Shown piece after piece: positions 60,198-60,727 of a DNA stretch of 60,727 nt. The stretch's first letter is position 1; each line of letters begins with the position of its first letter. A model generated the notes under the pieces. It was not told the origin of the DNA, ran no database searches, and saw only the letters and a list, made by a program, of their open reading frames with translations. Source of the stretch: Candidatus Iainarchaeum sp. (GTDB lineage: Archaea; Iainarchaeota; Iainarchaeia; Iainarchaeales; Iainarchaeaceae); contig JACQPB010000025.1 of the NCBI GenBank assembly GCA_016202305.1, positions 1-60,727 of the forward strand. Reading direction: 5' to 3'. Position numbers and translations under genes: made by a program.

Positions 60198-60607
60198 TTA
60201 GCGGGCAGGAGCTCCGTAAGGTGGCCGCGGCAAGGGCTGTCAAAGATGTGGCTTTCATGGAAAAAGATTATGCAATTACTTGGGCGCTCAAGGCGATATA
60301 CTCCAACAAAGACCTTTCAAACATGCTCATATTCAAAGGCGGCACGTGTCTGAGTAAAATATACGGCGAGAATTATAGGCTCTCGGAAGACCTTGATTTT
60401 TCCACGCCTGTAAACCGGCAGCCAACGCCTGAATGGTTTGAGCAACATCTTTCAACAGCCTTTGAACAAGCAAAAATGGAAGGCGGGCCTGACCTGAGGG
60501 TAAAGACGGGCGATACTCATGCAACCCCTGGGCACATTATTTTTCAAATCCAATATAATGCAACACTTGGGCACGCCGGAAGGCTGAAACTTGACGTGTC
60601 ATTATAG
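60194..60607 (+). CDS. AbiEii/AbiGii-family nucleotidyltransferase toxin, apparently truncated (137 aa)
   Basis: 'LIFKGGTCLSKIYGENYRLSEDLDFS' NTase signature. ATGA overlap with abiEi. It looks short for the family, which I recall as roughly 250-300 aa. Confidence 0.65.
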   Translation: MISGQELRKVAAARAVKDVAFMEKDYAITWALKAIYSNKDLSNMLIFKGGTCLSKIYGENYRLSEDLDFSTPVNRQPTPEWFEQHLSTAFEQAKMEGGPDLRVKTGDTHATPGHIIFQIQYNATLGHAGRLKLDVSL

Positions 60608-60727
60608 CAATCGGCGAAAGTCTTTCGGGTGTTTTCAGGCCAATGCGTATATTGGCTTGAGGGTGCAAACACTCTGGATTATACTTTTTGGCGTATTTCG
60701 GGTGAAATTGTTTATCCTCCTCATTAG

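Overview
The window looks like an archaeal chromosome segment, probably from a small-genome, DPANN-like lineage. Evidence: two tRNA genes carry short protein-spliced-type introns at the anticodon loop, none encodes CCA, and TATA-like boxes sit about 25 nt upstream of several start codons. All calls come from reading the sequence and ORF translations by eye. No BLAST, HMM or folding was run, GC statements are visual estimates, and start codons are approximate.

GC-rich core genes: yhhQ-like transporter, RNA m5U methyltransferase, HIT, FKBP, membrane pyrophosphatase, msrA, rpe, ygfZ-like, argG-argF-argH, MscS, an aminotransferase and four tRNAs. Visibly AT-rich accessory blocks interrupt them.

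Main observations:
1. 1-6854: a seven-ORF, translationally coupled minus-strand operon, hsdM / CD-NTase-like nucleotidyltransferase / 2TM beta-rich effector / hsdS in two halves / cytoplasmic trypsin-like protease / hsdR. A minimal CBASS-like pair and a protease are therefore nested inside a type I R-M operon. hsdS is split exactly at a (GA)n dinucleotide repeat, and loss of one unit would re-fuse it.
2. The tRNA-Arg(TCT) and tRNA-Ser(GGA) introns are homologous to each other and are built from perfect polypurine/polypyrimidine hairpins.
3. Two non-coding repeat families. One is a ~151-nt promoter-carrying element found in front of two unrelated genes. The other is a ~70-nt element that begins with a decayed tRNA-Ser 3' end, possibly an integration scar.
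4. 38.6-50 kb: a thiol/metal homeostasis region with a BlaI/CopY-BlaR1-like pair, two identical 21-bp operator-like dyads, and adjacent genes whose products both end in MVGGC.
5. A metallothionein-like Cys-rich ORF followed by a TRASH-type mini protein.
6. A carA relic next to the arg genes.
7. Two AbiE-like pairs and one HEPN/MNT pair.
8. 50.2-59.3 kb: a four-gene operon of large signal-peptide, C-terminally anchored surface proteins, one with a vWA domain.
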